A stretch of 64,000 nucleotides of DNA from Candidatus Palauibacter polyketidifaciens (GTDB taxonomy: Bacteria > Gemmatimonadota > Gemmatimonadetes > Palauibacterales > Palauibacteraceae): contig NZ_CANPVO010000011.1 in NCBI RefSeq assembly GCF_947581785.1, positions 1,850-65,849 on the forward strand, given 5' to 3'. The number at the start of each line of letters is the position of its first letter. The first letter of the stretch is position 1. The position numbers and the translations under genes are program-made. The notes beneath the pieces were generated by a model. That model was not told the origin of the DNA. It made no database searches and saw only the letters and a program-made list of their open reading frames with translations. Of this stretch, positions 44,625-53,831 are shown piece after piece.

Positions 44625-45697
44625 CGGAGCCGCTGGAACCTCACCGACGGATGGCCCGAATCCCCGGTCGCGTTGTAGTAGTCGAAGAGCTGCACCTTGT
44701 AGACCTCCGCGCCCACGCGGACGAAGTAGACGTTGTAGGTCGGCCACATTCGATTGTTCTGCCGGATGCTGTACCAGAACGCGCCCTGCGCATCTCCCAC
44801 CGTGGCCGGAAACGCGCCGGCGATCGTCGAGAGGAAGCCGGCGTAATCCGGAGCGTCGTCCGCCCGGGCGAGCGCCGTGAAGTCGTCCGTCGGGTCGAGC
44901 GGGAAGGTTCCCGCGCCGCAGGCCTCGTTCACCTGTATCGTGAATTCGGGCGATGTCGCGACGTCCCAGCCGCAACCGGCGGGGTCGCGCACGATCCCGT
45001 TCGACAGGCTCACGAAGACGGGACCGCGCGTGAGGTCCAGCGCCAGGCTTTCCGGCGCGCCGAGGCTGCCGCCCGGGTCGTGACGGCGGAACTGGATCGT
45101 CGCGCCCACGGGCCTCTCGCCCTGCATCGCGATCTCCACCATGCGAATCACGCCGTATCCGCGCCCCGAACCCTCTCGCAGCTTCCAGGCCGCGCCGGGG
45201 TTCGCCATGATCGAGCCCGACTGGCGGTCGAAGCGGAACCACGACGGTCCCGTCTCCGGCGCCAGGGCATCCTCGACGAATCCCCCCGCCGGAATGTCGG
45301 CGGCGGTGACCGCCGCGAACGCCGCTTCGCCGTCTTCCGGCGTCAGCGCGGCGACCTGATCCGCGGTCAGCCCCGCGTTGTTCCCCAGGCTGACCGCGGA
45401 GACGCTGCCGGGGCCCGCGACGCCGCCGTTCAGCCGCACGGAAAACCTGCGGAAGGCCATGTCCCACGCTGTGGAACCACCCGGGTCCGCCGGGCTCGGG
45501 AGCGCCCCGCCACCGGTCAGACTCACGTAGCCGAAGGAGACGGGCGAGGAGGCGTCGATCGTGAGCACCCCTTCTTCGAACGTCTCTTCGGCGGGGGCGG
45601 CGACTTCCGACTCGCAGGCCGCAAGGGCGGCGAGCGCGAGTGGAATCATCAGTGCGCGGAACGGGATCCGCGCCGGGAGAAGTGTGCTTCTGGACAT
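44621..45697 (-). CDS. hmuY: HmuY-family haem-binding lipoprotein (duplicated/extended form)
   Basis: Lipobox LAACES. LTIDAS...WDMAFRRFSVRLNGG matches the P. gingivalis HmuY core (TIDAS...WDMALHRYDVRLNCG). C-terminus PTYNVYFVRVGAEVYKVQLFDYYN. ATGA overlap with the receptor gene. Confidence 0.7.
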   Translation of the reverse strand: MSRSTLLPARIPFRALMIPLALAALAACESEVAAPAEETFEEGVLTIDASSPVSFGYVSLTGGGALPSPADPGGSTAWDMAFRRFSVRLNGGVAGPGSVSAVSLGNNAGLTADQVAALTPEDGEAAFAAVTAADIPAGGFVEDALAPETGPSWFRFDRQSGSIMANPGAAWKLREGSGRGYGVIRMVEIAMQGERPVGATIQFRRHDPGGSLGAPESLALDLTRGPVFVSLSNGIVRDPAGCGWDVATSPEFTIQVNEACGAGTFPLDPTDDFTALARADDAPDYAGFLSTIAGAFPATVGDAQGAFWYSIRQNNRMWPTYNVYFVRVGAEVYKVQLFDYYNATGDSGHPSVRFQRLR

Positions 45698-45720
45698 GTG
45701 GTCCGTCTCCGTGTCGAGAG

Positions 45721-46749
45721 CTAGCGCCGTGCGAGGTTTCGTGACTGTCCGCGGGGGGGCGACGGCGCCCGCCCGCCCGCGGAGGCTGAACAGGGTCCGA
45801 GCGGTGAGACGAGACCGGTGGCGCAGAACCGCGCCGCCGCCCTCTCCGCGATCCAGTCCGTGATCAGGGGATGGGGGAGGAAGCCTTCGGTGGCGACGTA
45901 CTCGAGACCTTCCAGCACGTCGGCGTAGGGTCCGAAGCCGGACACGCGGTACGGGACCACGAGGACGTGCCGGTAACGCTCTCCCATTCCGGCGACGAGC
46001 GATTTGATCCGCTCCTCCGCCTCCTCCCGTGCGCCGGCCCAGTCTTCCCTGAGCGTCCCGACGTGGACTTCGGCGTAGCCGCCGGTCCGCAGGGCCTCGG
46101 CCGCATCCTCCATGGAGCGGAGCACCTGTCGGTCCTCGCCATCATCGCCCATGCCGTGGGCGAGGAGCAGCACGCCGCTCTGGGCGGGGGGTATCCCGGC
46201 GGTCGCGGCCCTGTCGACCAGGATGCGAGCCGCCTGGCCGGACCCTCCCAACCCCTCCCGCACCAGCAGGATCCGGCTGCCGTTCGCGAGGGGATCGAGT
46301 TCCGTCCCGCTCACCATTCGGTGCCCCACCATCGCGCGCTCCGGGGGGTCGGGACGGAGGCCGAGGAGGAATTCCGTCGGATGCAGGAACGACGCTCCCG
46401 ACACGAACAGCCTCACGACGGCCACCGTGTTCACGCCCTCTTCCGCGAGAGAGTCCAGGGCGGACTGCATCGTCGCGGGGTCAGCCATCCCCAGCGCGAG
46501 CGACACGGGGATCCGGTCGCGCAGCGGCCGCAGGGCTTCCTCGACCCGTCCGTTCCACTCCGCCCCACCCCCATGCGCCATGACGAGGATCCCGGGACGT
46601 GGCACCGATTCCAGCGTGACTCCCCGATGCTCCGGGCGGGAGGTGAGTTCGACGGTGGGCTGCGGCCCCCCTGCGGAGGCGCACCCGCTCAACATCCAGA
46701 GCAATCCGAAGGCGGCGAACGGCGCGCGCGCCTGTGATCCGTTCAACAT
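45721..46749 (-). CDS. CbiX-like (class II chelatase fold) two-domain protein, first gene of the haem-uptake operon
   Basis: GILVMAHGG and GVLLLAHGMGDDGE, two CbiX-like modules. Lipoprotein-like N-terminus WMLSGCASAGG. Start taken at MLNGSQ because the upstream extension translates the Fur box. Confidence 0.65.
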   Translation of the reverse strand: MLNGSQARAPFAAFGLLWMLSGCASAGGPQPTVELTSRPEHRGVTLESVPRPGILVMAHGGGAEWNGRVEEALRPLRDRIPVSLALGMADPATMQSALDSLAEEGVNTVAVVRLFVSGASFLHPTEFLLGLRPDPPERAMVGHRMVSGTELDPLANGSRILLVREGLGGSGQAARILVDRAATAGIPPAQSGVLLLAHGMGDDGEDRQVLRSMEDAAEALRTGGYAEVHVGTLREDWAGAREEAEERIKSLVAGMGERYRHVLVVPYRVSGFGPYADVLEGLEYVATEGFLPHPLITDWIAERAAARFCATGLVSPLGPCSASAGGRAPSPPRGQSRNLARR

Positions 46750-46765
46750 CGGCTCAACCTTGTCA

Positions 46766-46789
46766 ATAATGATAATGAGAATCATTCTC
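46766..46789. promoter_or_regulatory. Fur box (aataat gataat gagaat cattctc), 17/19 match to the GATAATGATAATCATTATC consensus
   Basis: Read directly in an otherwise about 70% GC genome. Centred about 25 bp upstream of the cbiX-like start. Contains the palindrome GAGAATcATTCTC. Confidence 0.75.
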
Positions 46790-46924
46790 AACTAGAACCG
46801 TCAAATGATGATGCACGTCGCGAGGGGGGGATGGCAAGCGGCAATTCGGCCGGCGGCCAGCGGGGACGGCCCGGCGGCTAACGGGGACCGCGGGCGCCGG
46901 AAGGGACGTTGGCAAAGATACCGT

Positions 46925-48952
46925 TCAGCGCCCCGGAGTCGGCAGGGCGAAGGCCTGCAGCTTCGAATCGACCTGTCCGTCGGCGGAGGTTGCGACGACG
47001 ACGAACTGGCGTCCCGACCGGGTGCGATAGGTCATCGGGTTGCCGCGCCCCAGGCCCCCGGCCAGATCCCCTCGCCACAGCGTGGTTCCGTCGCGGACAT
47101 CCATGGCCTCGAGCCACGGAGTTCCACCCGCCAGGAATACGATCCCGCCCGCGGTCGCCAGCGGTCCCGACGTCGTGCCGTGGCTCTGCGGCGTGCCCCC
47201 CATCGGTGGGAGGTCGAGTCCCGCCAGTGCCGGGTGCTCCCGGATCGCCGAGTCGTCCCCGAACGGACGCTGCCACAGGTGGTCGCCCGTGTTGAGGTCG
47301 ATCGCCGTGATCGTGCCGTAGGGCGGCTTGAGGATGGGAAGCCCGCCGGCCACAGAGAGCGTGCTCGCGAAGTTCGGGAGATAGTCCGCGTCTCCCTCCC
47401 CCGGCTCCGCTTCGGCGACACGGGCCAGGAAGGGATCGTCATACGCCTTCACGAACATGTGGCCGCTCTCGGGATCGATCGCCGCGCCGCCCCACCCCGC
47501 CCCGCCGATGAGGCCCGGCATCATGATCGTCCCCTCGACCGAGGGCGGCGTGAAGATCGGGCCGGTCCGGTGGCGGCGGAACACCTCCAGCGCCTCGGCC
47601 CTCAGTTCGGGCGTGAAGTCGATGAGATCGTCCTCCGTAATCCCCTGTCGGGAGAACGGCGCGGGCCGCGTCGGGAACGGCTGGGTCGGCCACGGCACCT
47701 CGCCGGGCACCGTGCTCTCCGGCACCGCGCGCTCCTCGACCGGCCACACGGGCTCGCCGGTCACTCGGTCCAGCACGTACGTGAACGCCGTCTTCCCCAC
47801 CGCCACGACCGCGTCGATCTCGCGCTCGCCGACCTCGATCGTCGCGAGCGCGGGCGGCGCGGGCAGGTCGTAGTCCCACAGCCCGTGGTGAACGGTCTGG
47901 AAGTGCCACACACGCTCGCCCGTCCGCGCGTCGAGGCACACGAGCGACTCGGCGAACAGGTTCTGGCCCCTCCGGTGCCCGCCGTAGAAGTCGTTGTTCG
48001 GCGTGGAGACGGGCAGGTAAAGGAAGCCCCGCTCCGGGTCCAGCGAGAACGGCGCCCAAACGTTGGCCGAGCCGGTGTAGGACCACGACTCGTCCTCCCA
48101 CGTCTCGACCCCGAACTCCCCCTCCTTGGGGATGGTGTGGAAGGTCCAGAGCAGTTCTCCGGTGCGCGCGTCGAATGCCTGCACGTCGCCCGGAGGGTTG
48201 TTGCGGTAGATCCGGTTGTCCGGGACGCCACTGCCCACGATCACGATGTCCTCGAACACGACGGCGGGAGAGGTGTTGGAGATGTGAAGCCGGTTCGTGT
48301 CCCAGGCGAGCCCATCCGTCAGGTCGACCTCGCCTCCGTCCCCGAAGCTCTGGATCGGCTCGCCCGTGGCGGCGTCGAGCGCGATCAGCCGCCAGCGCGA
48401 GTTCAGGAAGATCCTCCGCTCGCCTCCGTCGTTCCACTGGGCGATTCCGCGGTGACAGAAGCGGCAGCCGCGGTGGAGGTTTCCCCACTCCCACGCTTTG
48501 GGATCGTAGCTCCAGAACTCCTCTCCCGTCTCCGCGTCCAGGGCGACGACGCGGCTGTAGGGGGTCGAGAGCCACATCGTGTCGTTGATGACGATCGGCG
48601 TCGCCTCGAAGGCCCCCGGCGCCACGCGTTCGCCCTGGATGGGGCTCGCCGCGTCGGGAATCGGCTCCTCCCCCGTCTCCCACACCCAGGCCGTCTTGAG
48701 GTCCGCGACGTTCGAGCGGTCGATATTCGTGAGGGCGGAATATTTGAGGCCGCCCGGGTCGCCGCCGTACACCGGCCAGTCGTCACCCGCATAGGCGTCA
48801 CCCGCGTGCGCCGCCGTCGGAGGCAGGCGTTCGCCGATACCGCTGGCCGCGTCCTCGCCGGCGCACCCCGAGAGCGCCACCCCGAGAGCCAGACAGTGCA
48901 CGGGCCGGCACGCCCGGGCCGGAGTCACGGGTCGACCGTCAGCCCTCTTCAT
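46925..48952 (-). CDS. PQQ-dependent dehydrogenase (quinoprotein, 8-bladed beta-propeller) lipoprotein
   Basis: Lipobox LSGCAGE. Repeated W-motifs (LKTAWVWETG, ELLWTFHT, GERVWHFQTVHHGLWDYD, GDHLWQRPF). Length about 675 aa, typical of glucose/alcohol dehydrogenase quinoproteins. Confidence 0.85.
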   Translation of the reverse strand: MKRADGRPVTPARACRPVHCLALGVALSGCAGEDAASGIGERLPPTAAHAGDAYAGDDWPVYGGDPGGLKYSALTNIDRSNVADLKTAWVWETGEEPIPDAASPIQGERVAPGAFEATPIVINDTMWLSTPYSRVVALDAETGEEFWSYDPKAWEWGNLHRGCRFCHRGIAQWNDGGERRIFLNSRWRLIALDAATGEPIQSFGDGGEVDLTDGLAWDTNRLHISNTSPAVVFEDIVIVGSGVPDNRIYRNNPPGDVQAFDARTGELLWTFHTIPKEGEFGVETWEDESWSYTGSANVWAPFSLDPERGFLYLPVSTPNNDFYGGHRRGQNLFAESLVCLDARTGERVWHFQTVHHGLWDYDLPAPPALATIEVGEREIDAVVAVGKTAFTYVLDRVTGEPVWPVEERAVPESTVPGEVPWPTQPFPTRPAPFSRQGITEDDLIDFTPELRAEALEVFRRHRTGPIFTPPSVEGTIMMPGLIGGAGWGGAAIDPESGHMFVKAYDDPFLARVAEAEPGEGDADYLPNFASTLSVAGGLPILKPPYGTITAIDLNTGDHLWQRPFGDDSAIREHPALAGLDLPPMGGTPQSHGTTSGPLATAGGIVFLAGGTPWLEAMDVRDGTTLWRGDLAGGLGRGNPMTYRTRSGRQFVVVATSADGQVDSKLQAFALPTPGR

Positions 48953-49388
48953 CGACCGCCGCGATAACCTTGACTTCTATAAGGGCGCCCGGGCTGTAGA
49001 GTTCGGTCACTCCCACGGCAGTCCAGGACGGGAGCTCGGGCACGAACTCATCCTTGACCTCGATGAAGGCCTCGATGTGAGCGTGCATGTCGATGTGGTA
49101 GGTCGTGATGTCGATCACCCGTTCCAGGCTCGATCCGGCGTCCTCGAGGACCTCGCCGATCCGGCGGAACGTGTTTCGGAACTGCGTAGCCGGGTCGGGG
49201 TCGCGGTTCACGACGCCCGCCAGAAAGACGAGATCCCCCACCCGCACGGCATCGGAGTACAGGCCGTGTTCCGGAGGCGGATCAGGAAAGCGCTCCTGCG
49301 CGGCGGCAGGTGCCGGGCCAGACGTCAGCCATCCGAGGGCCAGCATGGCTGGGGCCGCGCGGGGTATGAAGAACCGTAGTCGGGGCAT
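48939..49388 (-). CDS. RidA/YjgF/L-PSP family protein with signal peptide
   Basis: AVRVGDLVFLAGVV...ITTYHIDMHAHIEAFIEV...GVTELYSPGALIEVKVIA is typical of RidA. Confidence 0.75.
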   Translation of the reverse strand: MPRLRFFIPRAAPAMLALGWLTSGPAPAAAQERFPDPPPEHGLYSDAVRVGDLVFLAGVVNRDPDPATQFRNTFRRIGEVLEDAGSSLERVIDITTYHIDMHAHIEAFIEVKDEFVPELPSWTAVGVTELYSPGALIEVKVIAAVDEEG

Positions 49389-49485
49389 GCGTCCTCCCGG
49401 GTGTCGTCAGCAAACGAATCGCAGGGGCGGAAATCTGGCGGTCGCGATCGGATGCGGCGAGTCCTTCGCCGCCTTCGGCGTTCGG

Positions 49486-50319
49486 TCAGTCCCCGGCGAG
49501 GAGCCGCGGGTTGTGTCGGCGGGCATAGTCCACGCAGGCCTGCCAGTCCGTCTCGTAGAAGGCGCGGGAGCGCGCGAGTTGAGCTTCGGTGAGAAGCGCG
49601 TCGGAACTCAGCATCCGCTCCGGCACCACCCGTCCGAGCGCCACGCCCGCGTGCCAGGCGAACCGTCGACCCCGGACCCGAAGCCATCGGAGGGCGGCGG
49701 GCCCAGGCTCCGCGCTCCGCTTCGCCGGCCAGCGTCGACGCACCTCCCGCAGAAACCGGTACTGCCGGTCTCGATAGGAACGGTTCGACGGGCGAAACGA
49801 GATGTCGGTCTCGTCGTACGACGCGCCCACGTAGTCCGCGATCGTTCGGACGAACTCGCGCGGATCCGCGACGAGCCGGTCGAAGAAGAGGACGAGCGGC
49901 CGGTGTTCGAAGTGATCCTCCAGCACGCGGATGCGCTCGCGGAAGAGGGCCGAGGACTGCGGCCGGACGCCTTCGTCACGCTCGATGTCGATGAAAGCCC
50001 CGAACGGGACGTAGCGCAGTTCCTTGATCTCCCGGAGATATACCGACCGGAGCCACTCATCATGGCGGCGCAGGACCAGGATCGGCCGGGCCGCCGGTGC
50101 CAGGCGCGCGAACCACTCCACGGCGGGCGTAAACTCGCGGTATCCGAGCTGTCGGGACACGAGGACGGGAAGGTCTCCACCCCGCCGCACCACCTTCGCG
50201 CTCTGCCGAAACCGGGTGCGCGGGACGTAGCGCACGCCCCGAAAGTGCGGAAACACCCGTTCCTGCAGCCACCTGGACGCCGCCCGGCCGGCTCCCACGT
50301 GAAAAAAGACCTCCGGCAT
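49486..50319 (-). CDS. Sulfotransferase family protein
   Basis: N-terminus FFHVGAGRAASRWLQ, a PAPS 5'-phosphosulfate-binding-loop-like motif. Length about 277 aa. The long upstream ORF extension is rejected. Confidence 0.6.
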   Translation of the reverse strand: MPEVFFHVGAGRAASRWLQERVFPHFRGVRYVPRTRFRQSAKVVRRGGDLPVLVSRQLGYREFTPAVEWFARLAPAARPILVLRRHDEWLRSVYLREIKELRYVPFGAFIDIERDEGVRPQSSALFRERIRVLEDHFEHRPLVLFFDRLVADPREFVRTIADYVGASYDETDISFRPSNRSYRDRQYRFLREVRRRWPAKRSAEPGPAALRWLRVRGRRFAWHAGVALGRVVPERMLSSDALLTEAQLARSRAFYETDWQACVDYARRHNPRLLAGD

Positions 50320-50327
50320 CGGCTGCA

Positions 50328-50852
50328 CTACCGGGAGCGGCGGGACTGCGCGTCCCGCCGTGCTCCCGGAATCCACCGGGGGATGTCGCGGCAGTAGTCG
50401 TCGAATGCATCGCCGAACGTCCGACGGAGATCCGGCTCCTCCCTTCGTACGACGAAGAGGGTCAGCCACAGCCAGTAGGCCAGCGCGTAGACGAGCAACG
50501 CCATGGATGAGAAGAACACGGCCTCGGAGAAGAGGGTGAGGACCACGCCCAGGAGAAGCGGATGGCGAGTGCGTCCATACCAACCGTCCGTCACGAGCAC
50601 GCTGGGCGCGATTCCGGGGATGGCGGATGTCCGCCTCCGCAGGAGCCGGCTGGCCGCCCACAGGTAGAGATAGAAGCCGAATCCCGCCACAGGAACGCCC
50701 AGCCAGCGAAGAGTCCCGATGTCCGCCGATGGTAGCGGGATCGCCTGGGAGCGCTGGAGAATGAGTGCCGGGAGCCCCACCACGAAGACGCCGTACAGCA
50801 CGATCGCCGTGAGGATCGTTTTCAACGCTGCGGCGTGCGGGCGCTTCATCAT
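50328..50852 (-). CDS. Isoprenylcysteine carboxyl methyltransferase (ICMT)/phospholipid methyltransferase-like membrane protein
   Basis: Four to five TM segments. The C-terminal VTDGWYGRTRHPLLLGVVL...EEPDLRRTFGDAFDDY matches the ICMT/PEMT conserved region. Confidence 0.65.
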   Translation of the reverse strand: MMKRPHAAALKTILTAIVLYGVFVVGLPALILQRSQAIPLPSADIGTLRWLGVPVAGFGFYLYLWAASRLLRRRTSAIPGIAPSVLVTDGWYGRTRHPLLLGVVLTLFSEAVFFSSMALLVYALAYWLWLTLFVVRREEPDLRRTFGDAFDDYCRDIPRWIPGARRDAQSRRSR

Positions 50853-50976
50853 TCGGACCTCGGCGTCGGGTATCGGGGCCATGTGACGCCGGGAGTGATT
50901 TCGGCGTCTTCCGGACAGCATCCGGGAACGTAGCCTCGCCACGCCTCCATCGGGACGGGCTATACACCTCGCGGGA

Positions 50977-52074
50977 GTGACGGACATGCATCACGGACGA
51001 GCGTTGGCTCTGGCCGTTCTGGTCGCGCTGCAACCGGTTGTCGTCCCCCTCGGTGTGGAGGGCCAGTCGATGGACGACTGCGACGGCCGGGCCTCCCTCC
51101 GGGTCTCGGTGGTGGACGAGTCCGGCGTCATTCCGATCCCCGGAGCCACCGTGGTCCTGCGCTGGACGGACGCGGTGCGGCGACCCGTGCGGGAAAGTGC
51201 CGGCACGGACGGACACTTGCTTCTCTGCGCTCCGCGGGACGCGGGCGAGGCCACGCTCTGGGCCGAGTTCGGAGACGCATCCAGCCCGGAAGCCGTCGTG
51301 GCTCTCGAAGCGGGGATGCCGCACGACGTGGAGCTTCGGCTCCTGCTCTCGGAGGCCGGCACCGGACGGCTCGTGGGCCGTGTCCGCGATGCCGCTACGG
51401 ATGAGCCCGTGGCCGCGGCGGCGGTGTCCATCCTCGGTGCCGCCGGCGTAGTCTCGAGCAATCGGCGGGGCCGCTTCGTCCTCAGCGGCGTCCCCGTCGG
51501 CCGGCGCGAGATCGCCATACGCCACATCGGGTATGCGCCCTTCCGCCATCCGGTCGCGGTGGCCCGCGGCCACACGACGGAAATCGAGATCGGTCTCGTC
51601 CCGGACCCGGTGGAGTTGGAGCCGCTGGTCGCGACCGTGCTACGGTCTCGCCGACTGGAGACCAGGGGCTTCTACGAGCGGAAATACTGGGGCGAACTGG
51701 TCGCAGGCGGCATGTTCTTCACGGCCGAGGACATCGAGCGCCGCAATCCCCTGCGGATCACGCAGATGGTCGCCGATATCCCGGGGATCCGACTCCGGAA
51801 CTGCGGCGTGCGGCAGAACAGCTGCAGGCTGTACAACACCCGGATATCGGATATCTCTTCGAACGATGGCTGCCTGATGAACATCTACCTGGACGGCAGC
51901 CTCATCGTCCGCAGGGGTCGGATCGGGGGCGGTGACGTACCGAACATCAACGATTTCGTTCTTCCGATCGAGATCGCGGGGGTCGAAGTGTACCTGGGCC
52001 CCTCCGAGCTGCCGGCCGAGTTCGTCGGGATGGAATCGCGCTGCGGCGTCGTCGTGATCTGGACGAAGTCTTGA
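50977..52074 (+). CDS. Second CarbopepD_reg-like plus plug-like barrel-less secreted protein (paralogue of 39524..40348)
   Basis: Signal peptide present. Two CarbopepD_reg-like modules (ASLRVSVVDESGVIPIPGATVVL; GRLVGRVRDAATDEPVAAAAVSILG...RRGRFVLSGVPVG). A plug-like segment follows (IRLRNCGVR). The same CGVVVIWTKS C-terminus. Confidence 0.6.
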   Translation: MTDMHHGRALALAVLVALQPVVVPLGVEGQSMDDCDGRASLRVSVVDESGVIPIPGATVVLRWTDAVRRPVRESAGTDGHLLLCAPRDAGEATLWAEFGDASSPEAVVALEAGMPHDVELRLLLSEAGTGRLVGRVRDAATDEPVAAAAVSILGAAGVVSSNRRGRFVLSGVPVGRREIAIRHIGYAPFRHPVAVARGHTTEIEIGLVPDPVELEPLVATVLRSRRLETRGFYERKYWGELVAGGMFFTAEDIERRNPLRITQMVADIPGIRLRNCGVRQNSCRLYNTRISDISSNDGCLMNIYLDGSLIVRRGRIGGGDVPNINDFVLPIEIAGVEVYLGPSELPAEFVGMESRCGVVVIWTKS

Positions 52075-52076
52075 GA

Positions 52077-53636
52077 TCAGCCCTCGCGCAGCGCGTCGAG
52101 GAACACGTCGCCGTACTGCTGGAGCTTGGCGGGGCCGATGCCGGGGACCCGGAGCATCTCCTCGGGCGAGCCGGGGCGCTGGTCGATCAGGTCCCACAGT
52201 ACCTGGTCGCTGAACACGATGTAGGCGGGGACCCCTCTCGCATCCGCCAGCTGCTTCCGCAGGGTGCGGAGGCGCTGGAAGGTGGGGTCCGACGGTGACC
52301 GGTCGATCCCGCCCGCCGCAGCCGGTCGCCGGGAGTCCGCCGCACGCGCCTTCCGCTTGAGCACGGGGAGCACGTCCACGAGATCGGCGACGCCGATTCC
52401 CGCGCACACATCGCACGCTTCGCCGCACGTATCGAAGTCCTCCCCGAAGTACGCGAGCAGCCCGCGGTGGCGGCACACGTCTCGGTCCGCGAGGCGGAAG
52501 AGGTCGACGGCCGCCCGGCGCTTCGCCTCGCGCACCGTGGGGTCGTCGATGTCGGCGAGGAACCGCTCGCGCACCTTCACGTCCGCCCACGAGTAGAAGA
52601 GGACGCAATCGCTGGTGAGCCCGTCGCGCCCGGCGCGTCCGATCTCCTGGTACCACGACTCGATGTCCGACGGCATGTCGCGGTGGATGACGAAGCGCAC
52701 GTTGGATTTGTCGATTCCCATCCCGAAGGCGATCGTCGCCACGACCACGTCGACCTCGTCGCGGGCGAAGGCGTCCTGGTGCTCGGCCCGCGAGGCGTCG
52801 TCGAGTCCCGCGTGGTACGGAACGGCGTCGACACCCTCGCGGCGGAGAAACTCGGTCATCTGTTCCACGGACTTTCGCGACAGACAGTAGACGATTCCGC
52901 TCTCCCCGGCGTGGCGGCGGATAAGCCCGAGGATCTCGGCCCGTGTATTTCCCTCCCCCTTTTTTCGGCACACGACGCGGAGGTTCGAGCGAAAGAAGGA
53001 ACCCTTGTATCCCTCGGGTTTCCTCATCCCCAGCTGTCGAATGATGTCGGCCGCGACCCGGCGGGTGGCGGTGGCGGTGAGCGCGAGGATCGGCAGTCCG
53101 TTTTCCCCCGCGCCTCCGTCGCGAATCTCGTCCCGCAGTCCCTGAAGTGCCCGGTAGGACGGGCGAAAGTCGTGTCCCCATTGCGAAATGCAGTGCGCCT
53201 CATCGACGACGATCAGGGAAAGCGGCGCGTAACGCAGGCGTTCCCGCATGTGCGGACCCAGCGCTTCCGGCGCAAGATAGACGAGTTCATAGTCCCCCCG
53301 CTCGAATCCCCGCAGTCGGCGCCGGCGCTCGTCCGCCGCGAGAGACGAGTTGATCGCCGTGGCGCGGAACCCGACGTCGCGGAGGGCGTCGACCTGGTCC
53401 TTCATCAGGCTGATGAGCGGGGAGAGGACGAGCACGGTCCCGGGCATGATGCGGGCCGGAATCTGGAAGGTGAGCGACTTCCCCGCCCCGGTGGGCATAA
53501 CGCCTATGCAGTCCCGCTCCGCCAGGACCGAGTCGATGATGTGCGCCTGTCCCGGCCGGAACTCGTCGTAGCCGAAGACGTCGCGCAGGACGGATTCCGG
53601 GGCGTGGGGTCGGGGGTCGCTCATCTCGGTGAACAT
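52077..53636 (-). CDS. recQ: ATP-dependent DNA helicase RecQ
   Basis: Helicase motif I GVMPTGAGKSLTFQIPA. DEAH box VVDEAHCISQWGHDFRPSY. The zinc-binding RQC cysteines (CRHRGLLAYFGE...CGEACDVC) and a C-terminal HRDC-like segment are present. Confidence 0.9.
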   Translation of the reverse strand: MFTEMSDPRPHAPESVLRDVFGYDEFRPGQAHIIDSVLAERDCIGVMPTGAGKSLTFQIPARIMPGTVLVLSPLISLMKDQVDALRDVGFRATAINSSLAADERRRRLRGFERGDYELVYLAPEALGPHMRERLRYAPLSLIVVDEAHCISQWGHDFRPSYRALQGLRDEIRDGGAGENGLPILALTATATRRVAADIIRQLGMRKPEGYKGSFFRSNLRVVCRKKGEGNTRAEILGLIRRHAGESGIVYCLSRKSVEQMTEFLRREGVDAVPYHAGLDDASRAEHQDAFARDEVDVVVATIAFGMGIDKSNVRFVIHRDMPSDIESWYQEIGRAGRDGLTSDCVLFYSWADVKVRERFLADIDDPTVREAKRRAAVDLFRLADRDVCRHRGLLAYFGEDFDTCGEACDVCAGIGVADLVDVLPVLKRKARAADSRRPAAAGGIDRSPSDPTFQRLRTLRKQLADARGVPAYIVFSDQVLWDLIDQRPGSPEEMLRVPGIGPAKLQQYGDVFLDALREG

Positions 53637-53831
53637 ACGACGGATATCCGCCGGGGGCTCAACGTAACCTCAATGGCGTTAAGCGGGTCTCCTCTGCGAG
53701 GCCGTGCGTTGACGCCGGCGTGCGCGCGGGAACCCTTTCACCCGTCTCAGTGTCGATAGAGTTTGAGGAGTCTGGCCACGTCAGACCTGGCCTCGTCGGA
53801 CCCAAGGACGTCCCTGCCCTGGAGGTGTGCG

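Noticed and set aside
46750-46791. ORF-track N-terminal extension MRMILIIIIDKVEP of the CbiX-like gene
   Set aside because: These codons are the translation of the AT-rich Fur box itself. The start was moved to MLNGSQ.
46805-48967. 720-aa plus ORF antisense to the PQQ dehydrogenase
   Set aside because: Antisense artefact. The minus frame carries lipobox plus repeated quinoprotein W-motifs.
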